A stretch of 64,000 bases of DNA from Bacillota bacterium. Its GTDB lineage: Bacteria > Bacillota > SHA-98 > UBA4971. How positions within the stretch are numbered: position 1 is the stretch's first letter; every line of letters begins with the position of its first letter. Position numbers and translations under genes: made by a program. Positions 19,800-29,802 of the stretch are shown piece after piece. The notes under the pieces are model-generated. The model was not told where the DNA came from. It saw nothing but the letters and a program-made list of their open reading frames with translations, and did not search any database. The DNA is taken from NCBI GenBank assembly GCA_050949175.1, contig JBMNFG010000010.1, positions 222,186 through 286,185 on the forward strand. The letters are read 5' to 3'.

Positions 19800-21131
19800 C
19801 TAAAACAATATACCTCTGAAACGATCAAAAATTACGTCTTCCAGATCAGGTTTAGTCATCTCTTCGATTTCATACCTTACGCGAACAGCGTCCTTATCTA
19901 TCTTAATCACACGCCTGAGATCTATAGGAGTTCCGATAATGACAACATCACAAGGAGTAGCTTCTATAGTCTTCTCCAGCTCAGTCATTTGCTCCTTACC
20001 GTAACCCATTGCAGGGATAAGCGGCTCAAGCCCCGGATACTTCTCTAGAGTTTCTCTGATAGACCCCATGGCATAAGGACGAGGATCAACAAGCTCCGCT
20101 GCACCATGTTGTCTCGCGGCAATGACTCCTGCTCCGTAAGTCATCCCTCCGTGAGTCAAAGTGGGTCCGTCTTCCACCACAAGGACGCGCTTACCCTTCA
20201 CAGACTCAGGGTTTTCCAAAGTCAAAGGAGAAGCAGCACGAATGATTCTGGCCTTCGGATTGATGGACTTCACAGACTGCTCCACCTTATCAACGTCTTC
20301 AGGGGCGGCTGTATCCACCTTATTTAAGACTACAACATCCGCCGTCCGCACATTGGCCTCGCCAGGGTAGAACAGAGTCTCATGCCCGGGCCGGTGCGGA
20401 TCAGCCAATGTAATCAATAGATCAGGATAATAGAACGGCAGGTCATTATTGCCTCCATCCCAGAGTATGATATCAGCCTCTTTCTCCGCTTCCTCAAGAA
20501 TTGCACCATAGTCCACTCCTGCATAAACTACAAACCCTTCGACGATATGGGGTTCGTACTCCTCGCGTTCTTCAATGGTGGTCTCGTGCTTGTCCAGGTC
20601 CTCTAAGGTCTCGAATCGCTGCACCCTCTGCTTTAGCAGGTCTCCGTACGGCATCGGATGGCGAATCACTACGACTTTCTTTCCCCGTTCTTTTAAGATC
20701 TTCGTTATCTTCCTTGTAGTTTGGCTCTTTCCAACACCTGTCCTAACGGCTGTAACGGCAATCACAGGCACACTTGACCGTATCATTGTGCTGTCCGGTC
20801 CCATAAGCCAGAAATCCGCACCTTTTGAAAGAACCACTGCAGCCTTACGCATAACTTCTACATAAGATACGTCACTATAGGCGAAGACTACTTGGTCTAT
20901 GCCTTCTCTCTCAATAAGTGACGGGAGCTCCTCCTCAGAATAGATGGGAATGCCGTCAGGATAGTTATCGCCTGCAAGCTCTTTAGGGTAATGTCTGCCT
21001 TCGATATTCGGGATCTGTGTTGCGGTAAATGCAACTACCTGGTAGTTGTCATTGTCCCGGAAGAATGTGTTAAAGTTATGAAAATCCCTACCTGCAGCTC
21101 CCATAATCACAACTCTTTTCGTGCTCATCAC
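19800..21131 (-). CDS. COG2403 family protein (cyclic 2,3-diphosphoglycerate synthetase-like / predicted GTPase)
   Basis: 443 aa. It has RVVIMGAAGRDFHNFN, the P-loop-like AVRTGVGKSQTTRK and a C-terminal domain as in archaeal cDPG synthetase homologues. The assignment is from memory. Confidence 0.65.
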   Translation of the reverse strand: MMSTKRVVIMGAAGRDFHNFNTFFRDNDNYQVVAFTATQIPNIEGRHYPKELAGDNYPDGIPIYSEEELPSLIEREGIDQVVFAYSDVSYVEVMRKAAVVLSKGADFWLMGPDSTMIRSSVPVIAVTAVRTGVGKSQTTRKITKILKERGKKVVVIRHPMPYGDLLKQRVQRFETLEDLDKHETTIEEREEYEPHIVEGFVVYAGVDYGAILEEAEKEADIILWDGGNNDLPFYYPDLLITLADPHRPGHETLFYPGEANVRTADVVVLNKVDTAAPEDVDKVEQSVKSINPKARIIRAASPLTLENPESVKGKRVLVVEDGPTLTHGGMTYGAGVIAARQHGAAELVDPRPYAMGSIRETLEKYPGLEPLIPAMGYGKEQMTELEKTIEATPCDVVIIGTPIDLRRVIKIDKDAVRVRYEIEEMTKPDLEDVIFDRFRGILF

Positions 21132-21327
21132 TACACCACCTCGTCTGTATCTTGTGCCACCTGAACTCTGCTATTCTATTAGCCTCGTAAAACTCCTGCC
21201 GTCAATTGGGCGGAATGAAAAAAAGTCATCTTAACAAAAAGCCGGCCCCCCAGCAAAACTGTTGTGAGAGGACGGCTTTAATAAACGGCTTTCCAAAAGC
21301 AGATCCGTTTATGTTGTGCTTCATAGT

Positions 21328-23769
21328 TCAGTTACAGTATAGCTCGTTTCCTATTGCAGGACTGTCATCAGGAGGTGTAGTAGGCATCTCCGGAAAGTCC
21401 TCTTTCGTTGGCTTTTCGTAGCCATCTGCCTCTTTTCTCAGGGCAAACTCTAGGACCTCATCCATGTGATCCACGAAGATAAGCTCCATGCTGTCACGGA
21501 CGTTTGCCGGAATCTCCTCTACCTCTCGTTTATTTTCGTCCGGAAGAATGACTGTGAATATACCGGCTCTGTGTGCTGCAAGCACTTTCTCTTTTATGCC
21601 GCCTACTGCCAGGACACGTCCGCGAAGTGTGATCTCGCCGGTCATAGCCACATCACACCTTACTGCGCGCTTCGTAAGAGCCGAGGCCAAAGCGATTGCC
21701 ATGGCTATGCCTGCAGAAGGCCCGTCTTTAGGAATCGCGCCTTCAGGCACGTGGACATGGACATCGTAATTCTGATAAAACTCAGGATCTATGTCCAAAT
21801 CGACGGCACGGGATCGGATATACGTAAATGCAGCTTGTGCCGATTCTTTCATGACATCTCCAAGCTTGCCGGTGAGCGTCAGCTTTCCGGTGCCTTTCAT
21901 CACTGAAACCTCTATTGCCAGTATATCTCCGCCGGCCTCAGTAACTGCAAGGCCTGTTGCTACACCTACTCTATCCTGTGACTCAGCAACCCCGTACCTG
22001 TATTTCGGAACTCCTAGGTACTCTAAGACATCGTTTTCATCTACTATGATCTCGAAGTCCTCTAAGTTCTCAGAAACGACTTTCCTTGCGATCTTGCGCA
22101 ATATCGAAGAAATACCGCGCTCAAGTCCTCTTACACCTGCTTCGCGTGTGTAGTTCCGGATTATCGCTCTGAGAGCGTCGTCAGTAATGCTCACGTTATA
22201 TTCGTCAAGACCGTTCTCTTTCTTCTGCTTCGGCACTAAGAAGTCTCTTGCGATGATAATCTTCTCTTCTTCTGTGTATCCAGGTATATTGATAATCTCC
22301 ATCCTGTCCAAAAGAGGCCTGGGAATAGAATAGAGAAGGTTGGCTGTTGTAATAAACATCACATCAGAGAGATCATATGGGACTTCAATGTAATGATCGC
22401 TAAATGTAGCGTTCTGTTCAGGGTCTAACACTTCCAGCAGGGCAGACGCAGGATCTCCTCGGAAATCACTGCTCATCTTGTCTACCTCATCTAGGAGAAT
22501 CACAGGGTTCTTGGAGCTGGCTTGGCGCATTGCCTGGATAATCCTGCCCGGAAGTGCCCCGACATAGGTACGTCTGTGTCCGCGGATCTCAGCCTCGTCC
22601 CTGACACCGCCCAGCGAAAACCGGACAAATTCCCTGCCCAGGGCACGGGCTATCGATTTTCCCAGGGAAGTCTTACCTACACCCGGTGGGCCTACAAAAC
22701 ACAGGATAGGACCTTTTGGCCTGCTGGTGAGTCGACGCACAGCGAGGAATTCAAGGATCCTTTCCTTGACTTTCTCAAGCCCGTAGTGGTCTTCATCAAG
22801 TATCCTGGCTGCTTCCGGGAGGTCAAGGCGGTCTTCTGTTCTCGATGACCACGGAAGAGCCAAAAGCCAATCAATGTATGTCCTGACTACCACTGCTTCT
22901 GCAGCCATAGGAGGCATCTTCTCAAGCCGTTCCACCTCGCGAATGGCCTTTTCTTCGGCTTCGTCAGGCAGTCCCTTTTCTTTAATCTTTTGCAGGTATT
23001 CTTCAGCTTCCGACTGCCTTTCATCACGCTCGCCCAATTCCTTCTGGATGGCTTTCATTTGTTCCCGAAGGTAATACTCCTTCTGGGTTCTCTCCATTTG
23101 TTTCCTTACTCGAGTATTGATTTTACGTTCGAGCTCAAGTATTTCTATTTCCTTAAGGAGAATTGCACAAAGCCTCTCCAGCCTGAGCGTTACAGATACT
23201 GCCTCCAATACGGACTGTTTATCTTCAGGGCGTAAAGGAAGGTGTGCGGCAATGTCATCAGCAAGTCTGCCGGGATCCTGAACTGCTTGGATTGAAGAGA
23301 GGATTTCCGCAGGAACCTTCTTGCCAAGCCTGACATAGGATTCAAAATATGTCAGTGCAGCCCTCATCAAAGCTTCCAGTTCCTTTGTCATGGGTTCGAA
23401 GGGCCTGAGATCCTCAACCCTTACCTTGTAGAAGGGTTCAGCCTGTGTATACTCTAGAATCCTCGCCCGTTCCAATCCTTCTACCAGAACTCGGATCGTC
23501 CCGTCGGGGTATCTCGCCATCTGTCTTATCTCAGCCAGTGTGCCTATTGAGAAGATATCAGCCGGCGTAGGCTCGTTAAGTCTCGCTTGTTTCTGAGAAG
23601 CAAGCATTACCAGCCTGTTACCTATCATAGCCTCCTCAACAGCGGCTACCGACCTGTCCCGCCCCACTTCGAGAGGGACTGTCATGCAAGGAAAAACGAT
23701 TACTCCACGCAGCGGAAGAAGAGGCACTCCTTCTCTTACTGCCTCCGGTCTTCTTGAGTCTCGTGGCAT
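21328..23769 (-). CDS. lon: ATP-dependent Lon protease (LonA)
   Basis: 813 aa with the LON N-domain, AAA+ Walker [16 protein letters not shown] and protease motif [12 protein letters not shown]. Confidence 0.97.
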   Translation of the reverse strand: MPRDSRRPEAVREGVPLLPLRGVIVFPCMTVPLEVGRDRSVAAVEEAMIGNRLVMLASQKQARLNEPTPADIFSIGTLAEIRQMARYPDGTIRVLVEGLERARILEYTQAEPFYKVRVEDLRPFEPMTKELEALMRAALTYFESYVRLGKKVPAEILSSIQAVQDPGRLADDIAAHLPLRPEDKQSVLEAVSVTLRLERLCAILLKEIEILELERKINTRVRKQMERTQKEYYLREQMKAIQKELGERDERQSEAEEYLQKIKEKGLPDEAEEKAIREVERLEKMPPMAAEAVVVRTYIDWLLALPWSSRTEDRLDLPEAARILDEDHYGLEKVKERILEFLAVRRLTSRPKGPILCFVGPPGVGKTSLGKSIARALGREFVRFSLGGVRDEAEIRGHRRTYVGALPGRIIQAMRQASSKNPVILLDEVDKMSSDFRGDPASALLEVLDPEQNATFSDHYIEVPYDLSDVMFITTANLLYSIPRPLLDRMEIINIPGYTEEEKIIIARDFLVPKQKKENGLDEYNVSITDDALRAIIRNYTREAGVRGLERGISSILRKIARKVVSENLEDFEIIVDENDVLEYLGVPKYRYGVAESQDRVGVATGLAVTEAGGDILAIEVSVMKGTGKLTLTGKLGDVMKESAQAAFTYIRSRAVDLDIDPEFYQNYDVHVHVPEGAIPKDGPSAGIAMAIALASALTKRAVRCDVAMTGEITLRGRVLAVGGIKEKVLAAHRAGIFTVILPDENKREVEEIPANVRDSMELIFVDHMDEVLEFALRKEADGYEKPTKEDFPEMPTTPPDDSPAIGNELYCN

Positions 23770-24026
23770 AATCTATTACACCTCCCCCGGCCTCTCCCAT
23801 GAACTGTCACACGTACCCCCTTTTATTCTCGTCGGACTGCCGGATTCCTTCACCCTATCGGATAGCAAGTCAAGCACGGTATTAGCCCGAGATGTAGCGG
23901 TTCTTGCATGCAGCATGTGTGGCATCGGAGAAAACAGCAAGAGTACAGCAAGGGACAAGCCGAAGTTAGGGTACCACAGGCCTGAGTATTATGTCAACCA
24001 TATGGGAATCATTGGCTATTATTCGT

Positions 24027-25730
24027 TTAGCAACCCACCTGGAATCTTGTGACAGAAGGAGATGAAGGACTCGTCACAACATTAGGAAAATCCAGCAAGC
24101 CAAGGATCGGTTCTTCGCAGACAACAGCAAGTTTTACAGCCTCTTCAATTCTGTCAACAGGCAGCACCCGGATGTCAGTTCTGTCCCTGAAGACTTCCTG
24201 CCAGTTTTCCCTTGGAATTATCACTCTCTCGACCCCTGCTTGCGCTGCAGCCTCGACCTTGGGGACTATTCCTCCAACCGGCCTTATATCACCTAAGATC
24301 GATACCTCGCCTGTCATGGCGACTTTATTATCCACTAGCTGCTGTGTAATAGCTGAGTAAATCGCTGTTACAATCGCTATCCCGGCCGAAGGGCCGTCCA
24401 GAGCAAGGCCTCCCGGGAAGTTCACGTGGATGTCGTAGTCTTCAGGATTCAGAGAAAAGAACCTTTTCAAGATAGTTGCTACATTCTCCACTGACCCTCT
24501 GGCCATGCTTTTTCTCTTTACTATTCGCCCCTGGCCGCCCAGCTCTTCCTCGTCCACAAGGCCTGTGGTGACCAGCTTACCTGCTTTGCCTTCCACTAGA
24601 GTGGCGACTGCTTCAATCTCAATCAGGGATCCCATATTAGGGCCGCGAATCGCAAGGCCGTTTACATAACCTATCCGCGGCTTTGGCGGAGGCTTCGGTT
24701 CACAGCGAGGTGCATACTGCCCTGCACTGACCACCCATTCTATGTCCTTCTTGAGTATTACGGATCGCCCTGCAGATATACAAGAACCCCCCGCTATCTG
24801 AAGTATATTCACTGCGTCACGGCCGTTGGACGCGTACTTTTTTATGACCTCCAAAGCTTCCTCATCCAGTTGAAAGCCTGCTTTCTTAGCAGCGTTGGAT
24901 GCGATGATCCCTACTTCTTCTTCGCTGAGCGCCCTAAAGAAAACCTCTATACACCTGGAACGCACTGCAGGAGGAATATCGTGAGGAGTCTTTGTTGTGG
25001 CTCCTACCAGCCGAAAATCCGCAGGAAGTCCGTTTTGAAATATATCGTGGATATGCTGGGGGATATTGGGATCCTCTGAATTATAGTATGCACTTTCCAA
25101 GAACACCTTCCTATCTTCAAGTACCTTTAAGAGCTTGTTTATCTGGATGGGATGGAGCTCCCCTATCTCATCGATAAACAGAATACCGCCATGGGCTTTA
25201 GTCACAGCCCCAGGCTTTGGCTGAGGAATCCCTGCCATTCCCATGGCTCCCGCTCCTTGGTAGATAGGATCGTGGACTGAACCGATAAGGGGATCAGCAA
25301 TTCCCCTATCGTCAAATCTCGACGTAGCACCGTCTATTTCCACGAATTTCGCCCCCGGCCTAAACGGAGACTTCGGGTTCTTCTTCGCTTCTTCCAGGAT
25401 AGCTCTGGCTGCGGCTGTCTTGCCGACTCCCGGAGGGCCATAGATGATGACATGCTGAGGATTGGGTCCGCATAAGGCAGCCCGCAATGCCCTGAGGCCT
25501 TCTTCCTGACCTATGATCTCTTGAAGAGAATTGGGTCGTGTCTTCTCCGACAAAGGCTCTGTCAGGGATATACTTCGCATCTTACGCAGCTTCTCCATTT
25601 CCTTCCGGGATTCACGATCAACGGCTACTTTTCCACCTTGCTGCGTCCTTAACATATGCCAGAAGTATATCCCGATGATTGCAGCAAAAAAGAGATTGAT
25701 CAGTCCGAAGACACTGCCGGAGAAGTCCAT
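24027..25730 (-). CDS. lonB: LonB-type membrane-anchored Lon-like protease
   Basis: N-terminal TM helix, [13 protein letters not shown] Walker A and GPSAGIAIVTAIYSA protease motif. The gene order clpX-lonB-lonA matches Bacillus. Confidence 0.9.
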   Translation of the reverse strand: MDFSGSVFGLINLFFAAIIGIYFWHMLRTQQGGKVAVDRESRKEMEKLRKMRSISLTEPLSEKTRPNSLQEIIGQEEGLRALRAALCGPNPQHVIIYGPPGVGKTAAARAILEEAKKNPKSPFRPGAKFVEIDGATSRFDDRGIADPLIGSVHDPIYQGAGAMGMAGIPQPKPGAVTKAHGGILFIDEIGELHPIQINKLLKVLEDRKVFLESAYYNSEDPNIPQHIHDIFQNGLPADFRLVGATTKTPHDIPPAVRSRCIEVFFRALSEEEVGIIASNAAKKAGFQLDEEALEVIKKYASNGRDAVNILQIAGGSCISAGRSVILKKDIEWVVSAGQYAPRCEPKPPPKPRIGYVNGLAIRGPNMGSLIEIEAVATLVEGKAGKLVTTGLVDEEELGGQGRIVKRKSMARGSVENVATILKRFFSLNPEDYDIHVNFPGGLALDGPSAGIAIVTAIYSAITQQLVDNKVAMTGEVSILGDIRPVGGIVPKVEAAAQAGVERVIIPRENWQEVFRDRTDIRVLPVDRIEEAVKLAVVCEEPILGLLDFPNVVTSPSSPSVTRFQVGC

Positions 25731-25810
25731 GTATTCCGCCCCATTCGTTGAGTCTCACTTGTATTATGTCCACGGAGTGTGCTGTTAAGCATAGGTCTGC
25801 AATCAGAAAA

Positions 25811-25830
25811 GGCCCGGACAAAGCCGGGCC
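25811..25830 (-). terminator. intrinsic terminator after clpX
   Basis: GGCCCGG ctttgt CCGGGCC followed by TTTTCTGATT on the minus strand. Confidence 0.75.
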
Positions 25831-25864
25831 CCTCACGCGTCATTTAACACGTCATAAGGACTTC

Positions 25865-27127
25865 TCACGCCGTTTCTTCGCGTTTTTTCACTTTTCGGTC
25901 ATGGAACACTATTTGAGGTTTTGCCTTTTCATTTATGGTCTCTTCGGTCACCAATACTTTCTTCACATCCTGCCTCGACGGGATCTCATACATAATGTCA
26001 AGCATGGTTCTTTCCATTATTGACCGAAGTCCCCGTGCACCTGTGTTCAGAGCAATAGCCTTCCTTGCCACTGCCTTCAGGGCTTCATCTGTAATCTCTA
26101 ACTCAACGCCGTCCAGTTCAAACATTTTCTTAAACTGCTTTGCCAACGCATTCCTGGGTTCAGTCAGAATCCTCACCAGTGCGTCTTCATCAAGGGCGTC
26201 CAACACGACTACCACTGGAAGGCGCCCGATGAATTCCGGAATAAGCCCGTACTTGAGTAGGTCTTCAGGCATAACCTGCCTCAAGGTATCTCCGATATTC
26301 ATGTTTACCTTAGGCTTTACCTCTGCTCCGAACCCCAGTATTGACCTGCCTATACGGTTGTTTATGATCTTGTCAAGCCCGTCAAACGCGCCTCCGCATA
26401 TGAACAGGATGTTCGTTGTATCGATCTGTATAAACTCCTGGTGAGGGTGTTTCCGTCCACCCTGGGGTGGGACGCTTGCCATAGTACCTTCAAATATCTT
26501 CAAAAGTGCCTGCTGGACACCTTCACCTGAGACATCCCGAGTTATCGAAGGGTTTTCCGACTTCCGAGCTATTTTGTCTACCTCGTCAACGTAAACAATG
26601 CCGCGCTCAGCCCGTTCAATGTCATAGTCAGCAGCCTGAATAAGTCGGAGAAGAATATTTTCCACGTCTTCTCCCACATACCCGGCTTCAGTAAGAGAAG
26701 TCGCATCAGAAATGGCAAAGGGTACGTTCAGGATCTTGGCCAGCGTCTGAGCGAGCAAGGTCTTCCCAACTCCTGTCGGGCCAAGAAGGAGAATATTGCT
26801 TTTTTGAAGCTCCACATCGTCTACACGAGTGTTTGCTCCGATACGTTTGTAATGGTTATAGACTGCAACTGCCAGAGTTTTCTTAGCCTCTTCCTGACCA
26901 ATGACATATTGATCGAGGATTTCCTTAATCTCCTTGGGCTTCGGGATATTGCAGAGCTCGATATCGGCTTCCTCGCCTAGCTCTTCTTCGATGATCTCGT
27001 TGCAGAGCTCGATACATTCATCGCAGATATAGACGCCCGGGCCTGCAATCAGCTTCTTGACCTGATCTTGAGCCTTGCCACAGAACGAGCATTTCGGTTG
27101 GCCTTTTTCATCGCCGAACCTGAACAC
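25865..27127 (-). CDS. clpX: ATP-dependent Clp protease ATP-binding subunit ClpX
   Basis: Zinc-binding CSFCGK...ICDECI and Walker [16 protein letters not shown]. Confidence 0.98.
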   Translation of the reverse strand: MFRFGDEKGQPKCSFCGKAQDQVKKLIAGPGVYICDECIELCNEIIEEELGEEADIELCNIPKPKEIKEILDQYVIGQEEAKKTLAVAVYNHYKRIGANTRVDDVELQKSNILLLGPTGVGKTLLAQTLAKILNVPFAISDATSLTEAGYVGEDVENILLRLIQAADYDIERAERGIVYVDEVDKIARKSENPSITRDVSGEGVQQALLKIFEGTMASVPPQGGRKHPHQEFIQIDTTNILFICGGAFDGLDKIINNRIGRSILGFGAEVKPKVNMNIGDTLRQVMPEDLLKYGLIPEFIGRLPVVVVLDALDEDALVRILTEPRNALAKQFKKMFELDGVELEITDEALKAVARKAIALNTGARGLRSIMERTMLDIMYEIPSRQDVKKVLVTEETINEKAKPQIVFHDRKVKKREETA

Positions 27128-27138
27128 CCTACCACCCC

Positions 27139-27723
27139 CTATTTTCTGGGACTGAATATCTCGTCGATGATCCCGTAATCCTTAGCTTCCTGAGCAGACA
27201 TGAAAAAGTTCCTGTCAGTGTCTGTCATTATCTTTTCCATAGGTTGGCCTGTATGCTTAGATAGTATTTCCTGAGTTACCTCTCGCAACCGCACAATTTC
27301 CCTCGCTTGAATCTCTATATCAGTTGCTTGGCCCTGAGCGCCGCCTAACGGTTGATGGATCATTACCCTGGAATAAGGCAATGCATATCTCTTTCCTTTT
27401 GCCCCTGCAGTGAGCAGTAACGCCCCCATGCTGGCAGCCATTCCGATACAGAATGTGGCCACGTCAGGCTTTATGTACTGCATTGTATCGTAAATCGCAA
27501 GTCCTGCAGTGACTACACCGCCGGGGCTGTTAATGTAAAGGTTAATATCCTTCTCAGGGTCTTCACCTTGTAAGAAAAGCATCTGTGCAATTACCAGATT
27601 TGCTACTGTGTCGTCTATCGGTCCTCCGAGGAAAATGATCCTGTCCTTAAGTAATCTGGAATATATGTCATAAGCTCTTTCTCCTCGACTTGTTTGCTCA
27701 ACCACAATAGGAACAAGGTTCAC
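27139..27723 (-). CDS. clpP: ATP-dependent Clp protease proteolytic subunit
   Basis: 194 aa with [11 protein letters not shown] (catalytic Ser) and IHQPLGG motifs. Confidence 0.98.
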   Translation of the reverse strand: MNLVPIVVEQTSRGERAYDIYSRLLKDRIIFLGGPIDDTVANLVIAQMLFLQGEDPEKDINLYINSPGGVVTAGLAIYDTMQYIKPDVATFCIGMAASMGALLLTAGAKGKRYALPYSRVMIHQPLGGAQGQATDIEIQAREIVRLREVTQEILSKHTGQPMEKIMTDTDRNFFMSAQEAKDYGIIDEIFSPRK

Positions 27724-27749
27724 TTATACTCATCCTCCCTGTTCTATGC

Positions 27750-29045
27750 CTATTCTCCTCCGGCTATTTCCGCTAGGCGCTTCTTGGTTTTCTCTATTAT
27801 GATTGCATCCTCTATTTGCCTAATACGTCCGGAGTGCGTAAGTAGTTCCTTCATATCTTCAAATGTAGTATCTCTGTACTGTGCAAGAAGTCTAACTCGT
27901 TCGTTGACTTCGTCATCTGACGCCTCGAATCCTTCAGCCTTAGCGATGGCTTCCAAGACAAATTCTGCCTTAACACCTTTGTATGCATCATCCCGATAAT
28001 TACTGCGTAAGTCCTCTTTATCAATACCGACAGACTCAAGATATCCTTCTAAAGATAAGCCTTGCTGAACGAGATTAGCCTCGAAGTCATGGAGCATCCT
28101 ATCGACCTCTCGCTCGACTAAGACTTCCGGGACATCAACTTCAGCCTCCTCGGTGATCTTGTCTACTACCTTATCTATATATTCGGCTTCAAAACGTTCC
28201 TTGACGACCTTTTCCATTGTCTCTCGGATTCTTTCACGAAGAGCGTCAACGCTCTCAAAATCGCCTACTGCCTTTGCGAACTCTTCGTTGAGTTCAGGCA
28301 GTTCCTTCTTGCGGATACCGTCTATCTTGACAGTGGCAATACCTTGTTTTCCTGCAACTTCTGTATCGACAAAATGCTCAGGCAAGGTCACTTCGATTTC
28401 TGCTTCTTCGCCTACCTTAAGGCCGACGAGGTGTTTGCTTATCCCTAAAAAGTCACCTTTTTCGCTGCCTGCTTGCATCAGAACGGGATCATCGCCAAGT
28501 CCGAGGTCTACAGGTTCACCATCACAGGAAATGCTGAGTCTGGCCAACACATAGTCTTCTTCAATAACATCCTCGCGATCTACAGTTGCGAACACAGCTT
28601 GGTTTTCGCGGAGGCGCTCAATCTGGCTGTCCACGTCTTCCTCACTGACTTCCGGGATCTCCCTTTCTATACGGATCTCTTTATAATCCGGAAGCTTCAC
28701 CTCAGGCCTGACGAGAACTCTAGCGGTAAACTTCACAGGTTTGCCCTCTTCAGCCTCGGTAACGCTAAACTCAGGCTCATCAATTGGGTCTATCCCGGTT
28801 TCCTTGATCGCCTCGATGTACGCTTCAGGTATTATCCTCTTCAACGCATCTTCAATAAGGGTTGCCTTACCGATGCGCATCTCCAAGATCTGCCTGGGAA
28901 CCCTTCCTTTTCTAAATCCCGGAATACTGACCCGATATGAATACCTGCGATAGCTTTCATCCAGGGACCTTTGGAACTCGCTCTCATCTACTTCAATGCT
29001 TAGATGAGCAAAACTATCTTCTAGTTTTTCCACTGTTGCTTTCAC
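27750..29045 (-). CDS. tig: trigger factor
   Basis: 431 aa with the GFRKGRVP ribosome-binding signature and a central PPIase domain. Confidence 0.97.
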   Translation of the reverse strand: MKATVEKLEDSFAHLSIEVDESEFQRSLDESYRRYSYRVSIPGFRKGRVPRQILEMRIGKATLIEDALKRIIPEAYIEAIKETGIDPIDEPEFSVTEAEEGKPVKFTARVLVRPEVKLPDYKEIRIEREIPEVSEEDVDSQIERLRENQAVFATVDREDVIEEDYVLARLSISCDGEPVDLGLGDDPVLMQAGSEKGDFLGISKHLVGLKVGEEAEIEVTLPEHFVDTEVAGKQGIATVKIDGIRKKELPELNEEFAKAVGDFESVDALRERIRETMEKVVKERFEAEYIDKVVDKITEEAEVDVPEVLVEREVDRMLHDFEANLVQQGLSLEGYLESVGIDKEDLRSNYRDDAYKGVKAEFVLEAIAKAEGFEASDDEVNERVRLLAQYRDTTFEDMKELLTHSGRIRQIEDAIIIEKTKKRLAEIAGGE

Positions 29046-29227
29046 TTATGTCCACCCCGCCGTCAAGAACTAGATGTCACGGTTATCCTGCCGTGGCCGG
29101 AAGATATATAATGATAAAGTACGAGTCAAAAAATTCTTGGGCAAACAAAAACAATACCTCGGTAGACAACTTGACCGCATCTGCCGAGGCAGTGATCTCC
29201 ACAGTTAAAGATCATTCAGCCGGTAAT

Positions 29228-29257
29228 ATTTTATCACGCAACACGATGCTTTGTAAA
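29228..29257 (-). promoter_or_regulatory. sigma-A type promoter candidate for tig-clpP-clpX
   Basis: On the minus strand, TTTACA (29257-29252), 18-nt spacer, TAAAAT (29233-29228) preceded by TGA (extended -10 like). Confidence 0.35.
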
Positions 29258-29315
29258 GCTCGCGAATTGAAGGAATTTTGCGACCTGCGTCGAATACAGT
29301 TTTAGAGTCTCAGAA

Positions 29316-29418
29316 TAGGATCTCCGAGTCCCCTGGCCTACGGCAAATGCTATGGCAGGCGGACCGTTAGGGTGCTATTAGGAAACTTAGGCGCCTCCCA
29401 TTGCGGAAAGGAGAGCAA
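29316..29418 (+). ncRNA. molybdenum cofactor (Moco/Wco) riboswitch aptamer
   Basis: The 3' signature GCGCCUCCCAUUGCGGAAAGGAGAGC closely resembles the GCCUCCC...GGAAAGG element I remember from the E. coli moaA Moco RNA. A 5' AUCUCCGAG can close P1 with GGAGA. An internal helix CCUGGCC/GGCAGG is also possible. These motifs exist only on the plus strand. Confidence 0.6.
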
Positions 29419-29443
29419 AAAGCAACAGCCGATTTGAAACCGG

Positions 29444-29480
29444 CCGGGTTCTGCTCTTTTCCGCAGAACCCGGTTTCTTT
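29444..29480 (+). terminator. intrinsic terminator immediately after the riboswitch (expression platform)
   Basis: CCGGGTTCTGC tcttttcc GCAGAACCCGG followed by TTTCTTT. Confidence 0.75.
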
Positions 29481-29537
29481 GTCTCTAGGGATAACGGGAA
29501 ATACAACCGGTTAACCGTCCTAAGGAATAACACTATT

Positions 29538-29656
29538 GGTTGCCGGCACGAGTCTTGCGAGCGCATGTAGATTTCGGCTTTAGCCTGCAGGCCGACCTAC
29601 TTATTAGAGCGTTCTCGAGGCACCATCCCTCATTTGTTTATCCGGTGCCGGCAACC
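29538..29656 (+). other. 119-nt extended, rod-like hairpin closed by a perfect 12-bp stem and followed by a U-rich tract on the plus strand
   Basis: GGTTGCCGGCAC (29538-29549) is the exact reverse complement of GTGCCGGCAACC (29645-29656). Nested helices are CGAGCGC/GCGTTCTCG, GTAG..CGGC/GCCG..CTAC and GGC-TTTA-GCC. Then tgtattttccttgattttttt follows. Confidence 0.5.
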
Positions 29657-29802
29657 TGTATTTTCCTTGATTTTTTTCCTATTGTCACTCGTAGGTTGCA
29701 AGCACGTCGCGGCGTATCTCGTCAGCCCACTCGGAGAGTCTCCTTATACGGCCTGACAATTCCTCACGACTTACAGGTTCTCCCCATCCGTACCTGCGTA
29801 TG

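Noticed and set aside
21200-21327. Terminator downstream of lon
   Set aside because: Only weak, long-loop pairings (ATAAACGG/CCGTTTAT with a 16-nt loop; AAAGCCG/CGGCTTT with a roughly 30-nt loop) could be drawn. I could not support a confident intrinsic terminator.
23770-24026. CIRCE (HrcA) or CtsR operator upstream of lon
   Set aside because: I looked for TTAGCACTC-N9-GAGTGCTAA and for GGTCAAA direct repeats on both strands and found neither.
29433-29516. 27-codon TTG ORF (MKPAGFCSFPQNPVSLSLGITGNTTG) behind the Moco riboswitch as its regulated gene
   Set aside because: The start lies 19 nt from the GGAG. The ORF runs straight through the terminator hairpin and has no recognisable features. 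It is most likely fortuitous.
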